Positions 26,872 to 39,244 are shown, counted from the first letter of the stretch. The stretch is 64,000 nt of DNA from Octopus vulgaris (GCA_951406725.2 OX597815.1:11346001-11410000), one strand, 5' to 3'. Numbers and translations: made by a program. The notes: a model not told the origin generated them from the sequence alone.

Positions 26872-27101
26872 GGGCGGCGAGCTGGCAGAATCATTAGCAC
26901 GCCGGACGAAATGCTTAGTAGTATTTCGTCTGCCGCTACGTTCTGAGTTCAAATTCCGCCGAGGTCGACTTTGCCTTTCATCCTTTCGGGTCGATGAATT
27001 AAGTACCAGTTGCGCACTGGGTCGATATAATCGACTTAATACCTATGTCTGTCCTTGTTTGTCTCCTCTGTGTTTAGCGCCTTGTGGGTAGCAAAGAAAT
27101 A
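26872..27101 (+). mobile_element. SINE family B monomer
   Basis: Head to aaagaaata; ggtattgtt repeated on both flanks. Confidence 0.9.
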
Positions 27102-27847
27102 GGTATTGTTATCTCATGCTGTGTCTTATGTGAATAAGGAGTGAAGTTCTGTTTGAACTACGATACAAGCTGCGATTGTAGTATTTTATATTTCTCACTT
27201 GTTTTTGTGGGATCATAAATAGTTGTCACGTGTCTGTGTCGGATGGCGGTTTGTTATTGTTGTGTTCGTTCACAGTCTCTTTGTGGAAAAAAATTTACTG
27301 TGTTGAATACGAATATTATCAGTTGTGCATTTTGGCTGAGTGATTTTGTAGCTTCCCGGCGTAATTGTCTGGCTGACAAATCTGAGAATATTAAGTAGCT
27401 CTTATACCAACATTCAAGTCTTGCATAGCCTTTCTGTTGAACTGGTATAGGTCTTCGATTAGTTCAAAAGTCCACCACAATTTTTCTCAAAAGTTTCGCG
27501 ATCTCCGATAGGTGACAGCGGGTACTTTCGTCGTAATGGTGTATGTATATAAATTTTCCATGTCGTTTGTATCTCCCTGTATGTATTGCATTGTATATTA
27601 CAGCAACGATCTTTCCGAAAATGGTTGCTTCTTTGCATTTACGTAGAGAAAATAACCATTATTTTTACCAGGATTGCATCAATGACAAACACTATAGAGA
27701 ATAGTATTCATCATCCGGGACAAAACGAATAGTCTTCTATGCCCACGTGTTTGCGTTCGACGCCATGTTTTTTTTCATATATATGTATATGTATGTATGT
27801 GTGTGTGTATATGTACGTATGATTGTGTGTATCTATATGTAAATATG

Positions 27848-27886
<39 letters not shown>

Positions 27887-27888
<2 letters not shown>

Positions 27889-28268
27889 CTCTTTTACTCT
27901 TTTACTTGTTTCAGTCATTTGAGTGCGGCCATGCTGGAGCACCGCCTTTAATCGAGCAACTCGACCCCGGGACTTATTCTTTTGTAAGCCCAGTACTTAT
28001 TCTATCGGTCTCTTTTTGCCGAACCGCTAAGTGACGGGGACGTAAACACACCAGCATCGGTTGTCAAGCAAATGCTAGGGGGACAAACAAACATACATAT
28101 ATACGACGGGCTTCTTTCAGTTTCCGTCTACCAAATCCACTCACAAGGCATTGGTCGGCCCGAGGCTATAGCAGAAGACACTTGCCCAAGATGCCACGCA
28201 GTGGGACTGAACCCGGAACCATGTGGTTGGTTAGCAAGCTACTTACCACACAGCCACTCCTGCGCCTA
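27887..28268 (-). mobile_element. SINE family A
   Basis: Near-complete copy. Confidence 0.92.
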
Positions 28269-28467
28269 TATATATATATATATATATATTATTTAATAAT
28301 TTTCATCTTATCATTGTAAAAAGTTTTTTTTATTTGATCTGAATGCTTTTATTCTTTGAGTCATCACAGACAATACACATGAGAAAGCAGACAAAGTGAA
28401 ACCTGTAAAATTAATAAATACTTTAAAAACACTCCTGCATTTTCAGATTCTTTCCCTTATATATATA

Positions 28468-28851
28468 CTAGCAGTATCGCCCGGCGTTGCTCGGGTTTGT
28501 AAGAGAAATAACTATAAAGCATTTTTAGAGAGTTATAGCCAAAAAAATAGTAAAAAAATGGGGAAAAAAATGATGGTAAATTTTTTTGATAGTTAAAAAG
28601 GTGGAGTTGCGTCCCCTAGACCATCTGTGGTTTGTGTTTCTGATTGTCGACCCCATGTCGAATTTATCGATTTTTTCAGAACTGGGGGAACTTTTCAAAA
28701 TTTTCGCTGCGTTAGTTTTGAATTATGACATTGGGCTATGTGTGTGTCAAGTTTCATCAGAATCGGTTGAAAGCCGTGGTCAGGGTGAGGGTACAACCAA
28801 ACAGACACACAGAAACACACACAGACAAACTGCCGTTTATATATAGAGAGA
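28468..28851 (-). mobile_element. non-autonomous Helitron
   Basis: 5' TC, 3' hairpin plus CTAG, inserted in A|T; near-identical to 48354-48742. Confidence 0.85.
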
Positions 28852-28898
28852 TATATATTATATATATGTAAGAAGGTTTGAAAATGCAATGCTTGTTG

Positions 28899-28940
28899 AC
28901 TTGACCGGTTTCACTTTTTTAGAAAAAGATTAGCAGAAGT
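28899..28940 (-). ncRNA. degenerate minimal hammerhead ribozyme
   Basis: ACTT-CTGCTAA-T-CTTTTT(cta)AAAAAG-T-GAAA-CCGG-TC-AAGT; two core substitutions relative to CUGANGA. Confidence 0.5.
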
Positions 28941-29320
28941 AAAATGTGAAGCTCTGTATAAGCATTGTTGTGTTGAGTACTTGTTGTCACAAAAGTATTC
29001 AAATGCAGATATACATTCTTTGATAATAATAACAAAATGTTAAAAACAGTTTTCAAGAATGGGACTACAATAAGTATTTTGAGTTCAATAAAAATCATGT
29101 TTGTTTGATATTATATATATAGAGAGCGAGAGATATTATTTAATAATTTTCATCTAATTTTCATCTATTGTAAAAAGTTTTATTATCTGATCTAAATGTT
29201 TTTATGTAAAGTATTCTTTGAGTCATCACAGAGGACACACATGACAAACCAGACTCAAACCAGACAGTGTTAAGTTAATAAATACTTTTAAAAAACTCCT
29301 GCATTTTCAGATTCTTTCCG

Positions 29321-29384
<64 letters not shown>

Positions 29385-29671
29385 ATGGGTGTGTGTGTAT
29401 GTATATATAAAGCACACACACACAAATATATATCATATATATATGTATATATATGAAAAGTATATATAGGGAAGAATTCACAAAAAACATGCAAAAAAAA
29501 ATATCCGGGTGGTGTGTGTGTATGTACGTGTACGTTCAGCGCACGTTGGTACTGAGTATGTGTTTGTGTGTGTGTGTTTATAAATATGTGAGTATGGTTT
29601 AAGTAGTTTCCGGGTGTGTGTGTGCAAATTTATGTGTGTATATACTTGTGAGTGTGTCTACGTGTCTTGTA

Positions 29672-29832
29672 TACTCTTTTACTCTCTTTTACTTGTTTCA
29701 GTCATTTTGACTGCGGCCATGCTGGAGCACCGCCTTTAGTACTTATTCTATCCGTCTCTTTTTTGCCGAACCGCTAAGTGACGGGGACGTAAACACACCA
29801 GCATCGGTTGTCAAGCAATGCTAGGGGGACAA

Positions 29833-29871
<39 letters not shown>

Positions 29872-30042
29872 CCTATATACGACAGGCTTCTTTCAGTTTC
29901 CGTCTACCAAATCCACTCACAAGGCATTGGTCGGCCCGGGGCTATAGCAGAAGACACTTGCCCAAGATGCCACGCAGTGGACTGAACCCGCAACCATGTG
30001 GTTGGTTAGCAAGCTACTTACCACACAGCCACTCCTGCGCCT
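29672..30042 (-). mobile_element. SINE family A (small internal deletion)
   Basis: Same consensus as the other family A copies. Confidence 0.9.
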
Positions 30043-30073
30043 ATATATATATATATATATATCTATCTATCTA

Positions 30074-30142
<69 letters not shown>

Positions 30143-30981
30143 ATATATATACACATACACCGAAGGAGATATATTTAAGAATTTACAAAAAATTGGAGTG
30201 GTATAACTGACCTGTCTGTCTGACATTTTCTGCTTTGTGTGTAGCTAAGGAATGTTTGCTATTTTATATGTGGGAGGTTGGTTATGGGTGGGAGGAAGAG
30301 CAATGTGGAATCAAAAGTATTTTTTTCTTGGCTAGTCTGTCATGGTACAGTGGTTTTTGGGACTGGTCTTAGAGGTCAGAATGGTGTGAGTGTGTGTCTC
30401 GTGCACGTCTCTATGTATGTGTATATATATATATATGTGCTTGTGTTTGTGGCCATTTTTTGACTGGTCCCAGAGTTTATGTGTGTTTTATATTTGGTAG
30501 GATGGTGTGTGTATATGTGTGCAGGTTTGTGTGTGTGTGTGTATGCGTGCGACTAGTATTTGTCAGGGTGTTGCATGTGCGCATGTGTGTGTATGTGTGC
30601 GTCTATGTGTGTGCGTGTGTATGTTTGTGTGTTTTGTGTTGGTGGGGATGCTATGTGTGTGTACTTGAGTGTTTGTGTCTCTGAGTATGTTTGTGTTGTT
30701 ATAATAGTCCTGGTGGTGGTGGTGGTGTGTGTGTGTGAGAGAGAGGAACCGTATGAGTGTGTGAGTGTGCATATGTATGTGTAGTGTGTATGTGTTTGAG
30801 TTTGTTTTATTTATCAGAAGTTCTGTGTGTGTCTTTATCCGGGTGGTGTGTATGTATGTGCGTGTACGTTCTGTCCATATTGGTACTGAGTATGCGTTTG
30901 TGTGTGTGTGTATGTATATGTGAGTATGAGTTATGTAGCTGATGTCTGGCGTGTAGTTCAGCAAATTATATTTGTATAGAC

Positions 30982-31060
30982 GATCTTACTGAAGATCTAC
31001 AGATAAATCATTTAAGTAAAATTACGTAATTTGTTGATAGTGAAACATTTGTTTATGATT
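30982..31060 (+). ncRNA. type I hammerhead ribozyme fold with long stem II
   Basis: GATCTTA-CTGAAGA-T-CTA...TAG-T-GAAA-CATTTG-TT-TATGATT; one stem I mismatch. Confidence 0.6.
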
Positions 31061-31380
31061 AATCTATATTTTTGTTACTTTACATTTGTCTGGCTCGCTT
31101 ACGTTTCTGGTGTTTGCTAAATTTTCTACAGAACAATTCTTAGTGATTAAGACCATAGCGGATCTTCTTCTAGCATAAGGATTTCCACATAGTGGTAAAA
31201 TTCCCTCATATGTATATAATACTATATACTGAACCTCATTGATTTTATATGCTAGACCACTGGTGTTAAAATTAATGTTATCAAATTGATATCCAATTTT
31301 TCACCCTCACTTTAATTTTAATTATATATATATGTACATATATATATGCGCGCACATGCAAAACACACACATTTATATTT

Positions 31381-31421
<41 letters not shown>

Positions 31422-31612
31422 CATTTAATGAATACAGGGAGTGGATGTATGCCACTTAACTCGAAGCTCCCTGCAACATTCGGACATGCTGATATAGGGT
31501 ACCAAGTATAACCCAGCGATCATAATAAGTTACTCAATAAGTAACATGTATAGTTTGCGAAAAAAATACGAGAACGAAACACGCACACACACACACAAAC
31601 ACACACAAACAA

Positions 31613-31662
<50 letters not shown>

Positions 31663-33156
31663 TGCCAGAAACATCTTTAAACAACTTTGTAAGTTTGCGG
31701 AGATAATTGTCTTATTGAAATTTGCAGTTTTGCGGTATAATATTGTTCAACAATCTTCTAAACTCGAAGTCTGAGATCTTTATAAGATGCATTCATCTCT
31801 TACCCTCTCAACAGTTTACACATACAGATTAACGCACTTTAGCCTTTTACTATATATATTTTCCTCCTAGACAAACATTTCAGATGACAACACCTTAAAA
31901 ATTTAATATTAAATATTTTCTTTTTTCAAAGTGTTGAAGGGACAAAATCCAGATTCTATGACATAACTTAGATTCTCTTTTATCAGCTTTTTTCTCGTTC
32001 ATTCTTTTATTTTCTTTACGCTTAACTTTTCTAATTGTTTTCTCGTATTACCTCACACAACACCATATTATTTGAGCCTGGAAGATTGCCGGCTCGCACA
32101 CAAAAGTCCAACTGATTTCTGCACCATCGGAACATGGAATTTGAAGTAGCTCACGTATAGCTTCTGTATTAGATCCTTTTTTCCTCCTGATCATATGAAT
32201 GTTTAGCGATGATTCTTTCACCAAGCGAACAAGCGTATAATGCACTAAACGCCCGACCATCCATCCATCCATCCATCCATCCATCCATCCATCCATCCAT
32301 CCATCCATCTATTCATCAATCAATCCATCCATCCATCCATCCATAAATATATATACACATACAGACATACGTGCGTATACATGTGTGCGTGTGTATATGT
32401 GCAGATATGTGCACACAAGCATATATGCACACACACACATGCACTAACACACATGCACACACACACACACACACGCACACACACAGACATACGACTTTAA
32501 CAACAATTATCTGATTGCAGATCTTTGCCCAAGGTTTTCCTTTCCGTCAGATTAATAGAAGACGAGTAACAATATTCTGGGTACATTCCAAGCAGATTAC
32601 TACCACATTGTTCGTTAATCACTTGTTTGGTATCAAACCATCACATCATACCTTTGTTTATTCACCAGAAGCATGTTATCATCTTGGAAACATTCTTCCA
32701 ATATTTCAATTATAATGACATGAAAGTTAAAATATTTCAATGAAAATCTAATGCATATTGAGTGAATATTCAATTATTTAAGGATTAGTGATACAGGCTT
32801 TCTTCCAAATGCTATCCGGGGTAAAGTTATTCCACGAAATATATAGCTCGGAGATCTGAGAATCTTTCCAGCTCGATCCGCTGCTTCTCCGCATTGAGAT
32901 GTCACATCTCCTGTACGATTGACATATAATTAGAATGTCACAGGAAAGGATTGTAAGACAGATTCTTCATGCCGAACCAGGTGGTTGGTTATCTAGGGGT
33001 AGACCAACAACGAGGAGACGGGATAACACCCATAATTTCAGTTGGTCACGCTAGAGAATCCAGCGGGAATGTGTAATGGTGGTTGTAATGATGATTAGAA
33101 CCTATATATAGACAAAGTGCCTGAGCACACTTCCCCCCACGAGACCTCTAGAAATA

Positions 33157-33576
33157 TATTTCTTTATTGCCCACAAGGGGCTAAACATAGAGGGGACAAA
33201 TAAGGACAGACAAAGGGATTATGTCGATTACATCGACCCCAGTGCGTAACTGGTACTTAATTTATCGACGCCGAGAGGACGAAAGGCAAAGTTGACCTCG
33301 GCGGAATTTGAACTCAGAACGTAACGACAGACGAAATACCTATTTCTTTATTACCCACAAGGGGCTAAACACAGAGGGGACAAACAAGGACAGATATAGG
33401 TATTAAGTGGATTACATCGACCCCAGTGCGTAACTGGTACTTTATTTATCGACCCCGAGAGGATGAAAGGCAAAGTCGACCTCGGCGGAATTTGAACTCA
33501 GAACGTAACGACAGACGAAATACGGCTAAGTATTTCGCCCGGGGGTGCTAACGTTTCTGCCAGCTCATCACCGCCT
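33157..33576 (-). mobile_element. SINE family B dimer
   Basis: Two units joined at aaagaaata|ggtatttcgtctg on the minus strand. Confidence 0.92.
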
Positions 33577-33871
33577 TTCCTTTAATATCAGCAGTATATG
33601 TGTTGCTGTGTTGTTTTCTCGAAATTTTACTTGGACACTTGCGAAAGTTAGCAGGAAGCAAAGCCAGCGAAATAATCTTCGTGTCCATCGCATACTCAGT
33701 CGATTTAGCCTTCAATTGACGTCTCGGCAACTTGCCAACTCGAAACAACTTCCATTCCATTGTATTTCTTATCTTCTCTTTTACTCTTTATCCAATGTTT
33801 CACGTTTCACCTCCATTTTTCCTCTTTATTACTTACTGCTCTACCGTTTGACATAGAGCATACTTATCTCC

Positions 33872-33879
33872 CTTCTTCT

Positions 33880-33911
<32 letters not shown>

Positions 33912-34161
33912 TTCTTCTTCTTCTTCTTCTTCTCCTTCTTCTTCTTCTTTTTCTCCTCCCACTTTTTCTTCTTCTTCTTCTTCCACTTCTTCTTCTTCTT
34001 CTTCTTCTCCTTCTTCTTCCACTTCTTCATCTTCTTCTTCTTCTTCTTCTTCTTCTTCTTCTTCTTCTTCTTCTTCTTCTTCTTCTTCTTCTTCTTCTTC
34101 TTCTTCTTTCTTCTTCTTCTTCTTCTTCTTCTTCTTCTTCTTCTTCTTCTTCTTCTTCTTC
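33872..34161. repeat. (CTT)n microsatellite
   Basis: Long imperfect triplet run. Confidence 0.95.
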
Positions 34162-34671
34162 CCGTCATATCAACAGTTTTTCGTTTTTTATTCAGTTTTT
34201 TTTTTCACTTATTCTCGATTCTCTTTCTCTCTTTTTCTCTCATGTTTCCTTCTTGCTCTCTTTCTGACTATCATTTCTCTCTCTCTCTACCAGCCTATCT
34301 TTCCTCTCTCTCTCTCTGACCTTCCCCTCTATTTCTCTCTCTCTTGTCCTTCTCTTTTCGTCTCCTACTTTCTCTCAGTCTCCGCTTTTCCATTTCCTTT
34401 CGTTTAATCTAGATTCATTAATTATCCCCTTATTTCTCACTCTCATCTATTTTCCTCTTTTTCTCTCTTATTCTTTCTACGTCTCTTATATGCTTTTCAT
34501 CCTCCTACCATCTCTACATTTAACTACTTTCCTTTTTCACTCACCCTTCCACTCAATCACCAATACATGTTTTTTTATCCTTTTTCAACTAATATTTTGC
34601 GTCGTTATTTATCCACAGTCTTCCTTTTCTCCACATTTTGTTCTCTCTCTTTCTCTTCCTCTCTCTCTCTC

Positions 34672-35045
34672 TCTCGCTCGCGCGACCATTTCTACACCTC
34701 TCTCTCTCTCTCTATCGCGCGACCATTTCTACATCTCTCTCTCACTCCTCCTCTCTCTCTCTCTCTATCGCGCGACCATTTCTACATCTCTCTCTCACTC
34801 CTCCTCTCTCTCTCTCTCTATTGCGCGACCATTTCTACATCTCTCTCTCACTCCTCCTCTCTCTCTCTCTCTATTGCGCGACCATTTCTACATCTCTCTC
34901 TCACTCCTCCTCTCTCTCTCTATCGCGCGACCATTTCTACATCTCTCTCTCACTCCTCATCTCTCTCTCTCTATCGCGCGACCATTTCTACATCTCTCTC
35001 TCACTCCTCCTCTCTCTCTCTCTCTCTATTGCGCGACCATTTCTA

Positions 35046-35082
<37 letters not shown>

Positions 35083-35218
35083 TGCGCGACCATTTCTACA
35101 TCTCTCTCTCACTCCTCCTCTCTCTCTCTCTCTATTGCGCGACCATTTCTACATCTCTCTCACACTCCTCCTCTCTCTCTCTATCGCGCGACCATTTCTA
35201 CATCTCTCTCTCTCTCTC
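34672..35218. repeat. minisatellite, about 11 copies of a ~37-55-bp unit
   Basis: Unit tat(c/t)gcgcgaccatttctaca+(tc)n+actcctcc+(tc)n. Confidence 0.92.
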
Positions 35219-36123
35219 TTACCTATTCTTCTTTCTCATACATCTTGTCTGTCTGTCTCTCTCTCTCTCTCTCTTCATCTCCCACACTCACACCTACACG
35301 TACATTCACATTACACATCACACACCTCCACATTCACACATTCTCATTATACATCACACACCTCCACATTCACTTTCACTTACATATACACGCCCACAAT
35401 CTCAGGCATTTCATTCACACACATTCACCCACACACAAACACACACCGACGCACATTTCCCATTTACATTTCGCTCACACGCACGAACATACATATTGCC
35501 CGTACGCACTAATGCAAAAACGCACACTCACACACATATAATTTAACACGCATTTACACTCCCACTCACAGATAACCTTGCACGTACACACTCTCTCACA
35601 CTTTATATTCATTCGTGCACTTAGCCATCCACTCATATCCACATACAGCCTCATGATGGATAATCCATCAACTTCATCGATGATTATTCAATTGTCTGAT
35701 CAACTGAATTACCTTCTCGTTAAATTGACGTGTAAGTGGTTGAGGGTGTCACAGACACGTCTAACTACGAAATAATTCTCAGAGTCAGTCGTATCATGGC
35801 AAACCCTTTAAATTACAGGTACAAAACATTAGGCTGGTTTCCACTTAGTTTCTCTCCACCCAATTTCAATCACAAGATTTGGGTCGATCCGAGGCTATGC
35901 TACAGGACATTATCCAAAATGCTGGACAATGGTACTAACCCTGAAACATTCTGGTTACGAAACGGACGTCTCTTCCGCTGAACTATATTTGCATGCAAGC
36001 TGCTTCATTACCCTACCCTTTGAATTTTCTCTCTGTCAAACTCACATAAATGCCCTCTTCGTGTTTATGTCTTTTCTCTACAATTGGTATTCAAATATCT
36101 CAATAATATATCTTAGTGTGTGA

Positions 36124-36685
36124 AAGTTGGTAGAAACGTTAGCACACCGGGTGAAATGCTTAGCGGTATTTCATCTACGGCTACGTTCTGAGTTCAAATT
36201 CCGCCGAGGTCGACTTTGCCTTTCATCCTTTCGGGGTCGATAAATTAAGCACCAGTTACGCACTGAGGTCGATGTAATCGACTTAATACCTATGTCTGTC
36301 CTTTTTTGTCCCCTCTATGTTTAGCCCCTTGCGGGTAATAAAGAAATAGGTATTTCGTCTGCCGTTACGTTCTGAGTTCAAATTCCGCTGAGGTCGACTT
36401 TACTTTTCATCCTTTCGGGGTCGATTAAATAAGTACCAGTTATGCACTGATGTCGATATAATCGACTTAATCCATTTGTCTGTCCTTGTTTGTCCTCTCT
36501 GTGTTTAGCACCTTGTGGGTAATAATATCTGCCGCTACGTTCTAAGTTCAAATTCCGCCGAGGTCGATTTGCCTTTCATTCTTTCGGGGTCGATTAAATA
36601 AGTACCAGTTACGCACTGGCGTCGATGTAATCGACTGACTCCCTCCCCCCAAATTTTGGGCCTTGTGCCTAGAGTAGAAAAGAAT
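36124..36685 (+). mobile_element. SINE family B trimer
   Basis: Three cores; ends in the ccccaaattttgggccttgtgcctagagtagaaaaga tail. Confidence 0.92.
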
Positions 36686-37191
36686 ATATCTTAATGTGCT
36701 CTCTAGTTACTCGTTAAGTATATTTTCTCCATCATTCTGTACGCTTTAACGCTGGTGACTTTGTGTCAGTCAAAATTAAACAACTGTATTGTTTGGTAGT
36801 GAAAACGAATTAGTTGAAGAATCAATCTCGAAACAACATATTCCACTTCTCTCTACGACATAGATTCTTCTAATCTATGTTGTAGATTAAATTCTTCTAA
36901 TTTTCTTTTGTCTCGCTCAACATTTATCTATCTTCGAGCCATACCGAAATTTTAATCCACTTTCTTTCTATTAAAGGTTTAGTTAGGAAAAGTTGTTTTT
37001 TGATCTTTGGAATTCCTGGAAACTGATGAAATTGCTACAGCTGGTCCTCAGATACAACATCTGCATATTGTTGTTTGTAGAAACTACTTAGTTTTCCATG
37101 GTGAGAGTACGAGGAAAGAAAGTTTGGACTTTGTGCTTAGGAAAGTATCTAGGAGTTTCGATAGAATAAGAATTAAGAGAGAACAAGCTCT

Positions 37192-37610
37192 TAGGCGCAA
37201 GAGTGGCTGTGTGGTAAGTAGCTTGCTAACCAACCACATGGTTCCGGGTTCAGTCCCACTGCGTGACATCTTGGGCAGATGTCTTCTGCTATAGCCCCGG
37301 GCCGACCAATGCCTTGTGAATGGATTTGGTAGATGGAAACTGAAAGAAGCCTGTCGTATATATGTATGTATATATATATGTATGTGTGTGTTTGTGTGTC
37401 TGTGTTTGTCCCCCTAGCATTGCTTGACAGCCGATGCTGGTGTGTTTACGTTCCCGTCACTTAGCGGTTCGGCAAAAGTGACCGATAGAATAAGTACTGG
37501 GCTTACAAAGAATAAGTCCCGGGGTCGATTTGCTCGACTAAAGGCGGTGCTCCAGCATGGCCGCAGTCAAATGAGTGAAACAAGTAAAAGAGTAAAGAGT
37601 AAAGAGTAAA
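37192..37610 (+). mobile_element. SINE family A, full length
   Basis: aggcgcaagagtggctgtgtggtaag head, ggttcagtccc B-box-like motif, tcttgggcag CORE-like segment, (aaagagt)n tail. Confidence 0.93.
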
Positions 37611-38115
37611 GCGTGTGCGTAAATTGAAACTCGGTGCAGGTGATTTACAAATAGGTAATCGCACGGATTAGATATCACTGTAGTAGTAGCATAGGCAAAA
37701 ACAGAATACAGATGGTTATTTAATGCATTGTTACTCAGTAAATTTTGTTCAACCAAAAAGATTTCTTTTTTATGCCGTATTGGATACGAACTACTGTAAC
37801 AACTGCACTAGTGGCTGACTCAGAGGATAAGCAAAACGTTGCTGAGTCTTTTAAGGGTCTCTGTTGTGTGGACGGCCCCAGACGATGAAGTAGGCTAGCC
37901 CAATACGTAGATATAGTGGGAGATGCCTAGACGTCAGAGTTGAGACTAGAACACAGTCGAGGAGTAGGGAGTAGCGAGTAGAGTAGTAGAGGTATCCGAA
38001 CGTGCGACATAACAGGTCTCAAAGCCAGGAGGGAAGAGAACAGGAACTATTTCCTCTGAGAAAACCTGCGCCGAATGCTTGCAAAAACGGCGGGTAAGTT
38101 GCTAGTATGGACTTG

Positions 38116-38547
38116 GGATCTTTTCAGTTTGAACGGCAGTTTTTTCTAGCGGTGTCATATGAAAGTGCCACCCATAATTATGACCCTAGTATCGATCTAT
38201 TGCATTTTTAGGGTTAGGGTTAGTTAGGGTTAGGGTTAGGGTTAGGGGTGGGGGGAAGTGTATCTTTTTTTCTTCAGAAATGTATATAAACCCAATCTGT
38301 TTCTTAAACGAGGGACATATTCATACGGCACAGAATGTTTTTAACCTCAATAGACGTCATTGATTGGTTGAAATTGCAGAAATTGAAGAAAACTAAACAA
38401 CAAATATCTTACAAACTATAGAAGTTTCTCAATAAAGCCAAGAGAAAAAGATGTTTTATAAACACATTCTACCAGTATTCGAAGTTTAAAAGTGTTTAGT
38501 TACGTGGAAATTATTTTAAAAAACTGCCGGGCAAACCGAAAAGATCC
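38116..38547. mobile_element. non-autonomous TIR DNA transposon (MITE) containing TTAGGG repeats
   Basis: 30-bp TIR ggatcttttc(a/g)gtttg..cggcagtttttt; 8-bp TSD tggacttg / tggaattg; about 6 TTAGGG units at 38208-38247. Confidence 0.85.
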
Positions 38548-39189
38548 TGGAATTGAATCCGAAGGGAAGTAGTTCTGAAGTGAATTTCATGATCATAAGG
38601 GAAATGTGTTCCACTTCAGCCCTCACACAATTTTCAAGTCAATCCGTTGAAGTCTCATTCAGAGTATCTCACGTTTCTATTTCTATGTCTTACATTCCAA
38701 GCCACACACATCTCACTCCAACGTTATTTCCCTGACAATACAATTCTATCTATATCATTCTACACAAATCTTCATTTCTCTCCTCGATATCATTTACATG
38801 TCATTTACATATCATATGCATAAACGTCTCAGTAATACTCCGTCCCCGAATATATTTCGCCCAGAGGCACTCCCCCCCCCTTTTTTTTTCTCTGTTTTCA
38901 CAATTAGACCCTTTCCCAACTCTTAGCTGGTTTTCCTAACTTTATCCTATTTCTCTTAAATTTTCCTCTCCAATATTTACGCTTTCTTCAGCATTTCCCT
39001 CTCCGCATCTGTTGTCTTTATTCCTCATCTCTCCCAGTGTCTCCTTTTTAATATCACAATCTCTCCATGGTTCTCTCTTATTGATTCTACACTTTTCTTT
39101 CTCTTTCTCACAGTCTTAACTATTCCCCATATTATTAACTTCATACACAGAAGCACACAAAAATACAGACTAGCGCACACACAAAATAC

Positions 39190-39212
39190 TCATATGTACG
39201 TGTGTATGTATG

Positions 39213-39244
<32 letters not shown>

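Larger units (their letters stand above)
23860..27420 (-). mobile_element. decayed, near-full-length R4/Dong-clade (RLE) non-LTR retrotransposon
   Basis: EGKKGIWGCSEQLLLNK...DFKKAFESVLH (RT), DTDRIYVRRSDGSRGI, and EMQLLYPYYEFLFVPI...IQIQSVSGKAKICKTF (typical C-terminus). Confidence 0.85.
6690..27760 (+). pseudogene. fragmented receptor-type protein tyrosine phosphatase-like pseudogene (FN3-like exons, then PTP D1/D2-like exons)
   Basis: By-eye remnants in order: KSRNGYSES (~6960); DIKINF*MKPKIHPTPIKYYIL (7783-7848); TESTIGFQCKIP and NNSLIVTCDKP (8620-9020) ending at GTAAG 9185; F*LEY*KMP...GDGNIAEIIEGKEASKRQFYGTQ (17680-17900) ending at GTAAGA 17931; IWEFFYRCFPRRIPSH (~22460-22510). Many stops; interrupted by TEs. 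Confidence 0.45.

Noticed and set aside
34490-35546. 300-340-aa ORFs in all three plus frames, and a CRISPR-like appearance
   Set aside because: Stop-free minisatellite and CT/CA repeats; spacers are not unique and no cas genes are present.
37800-38110. GC-richer block that might be a LINE 5' UTR with an HDV-like ribozyme
   Set aside because: I could not build the nested double pseudoknot by eye.
38208-38247. Chromosome end or fusion site
   Set aside because: Short array enclosed by TIRs and a TSD.
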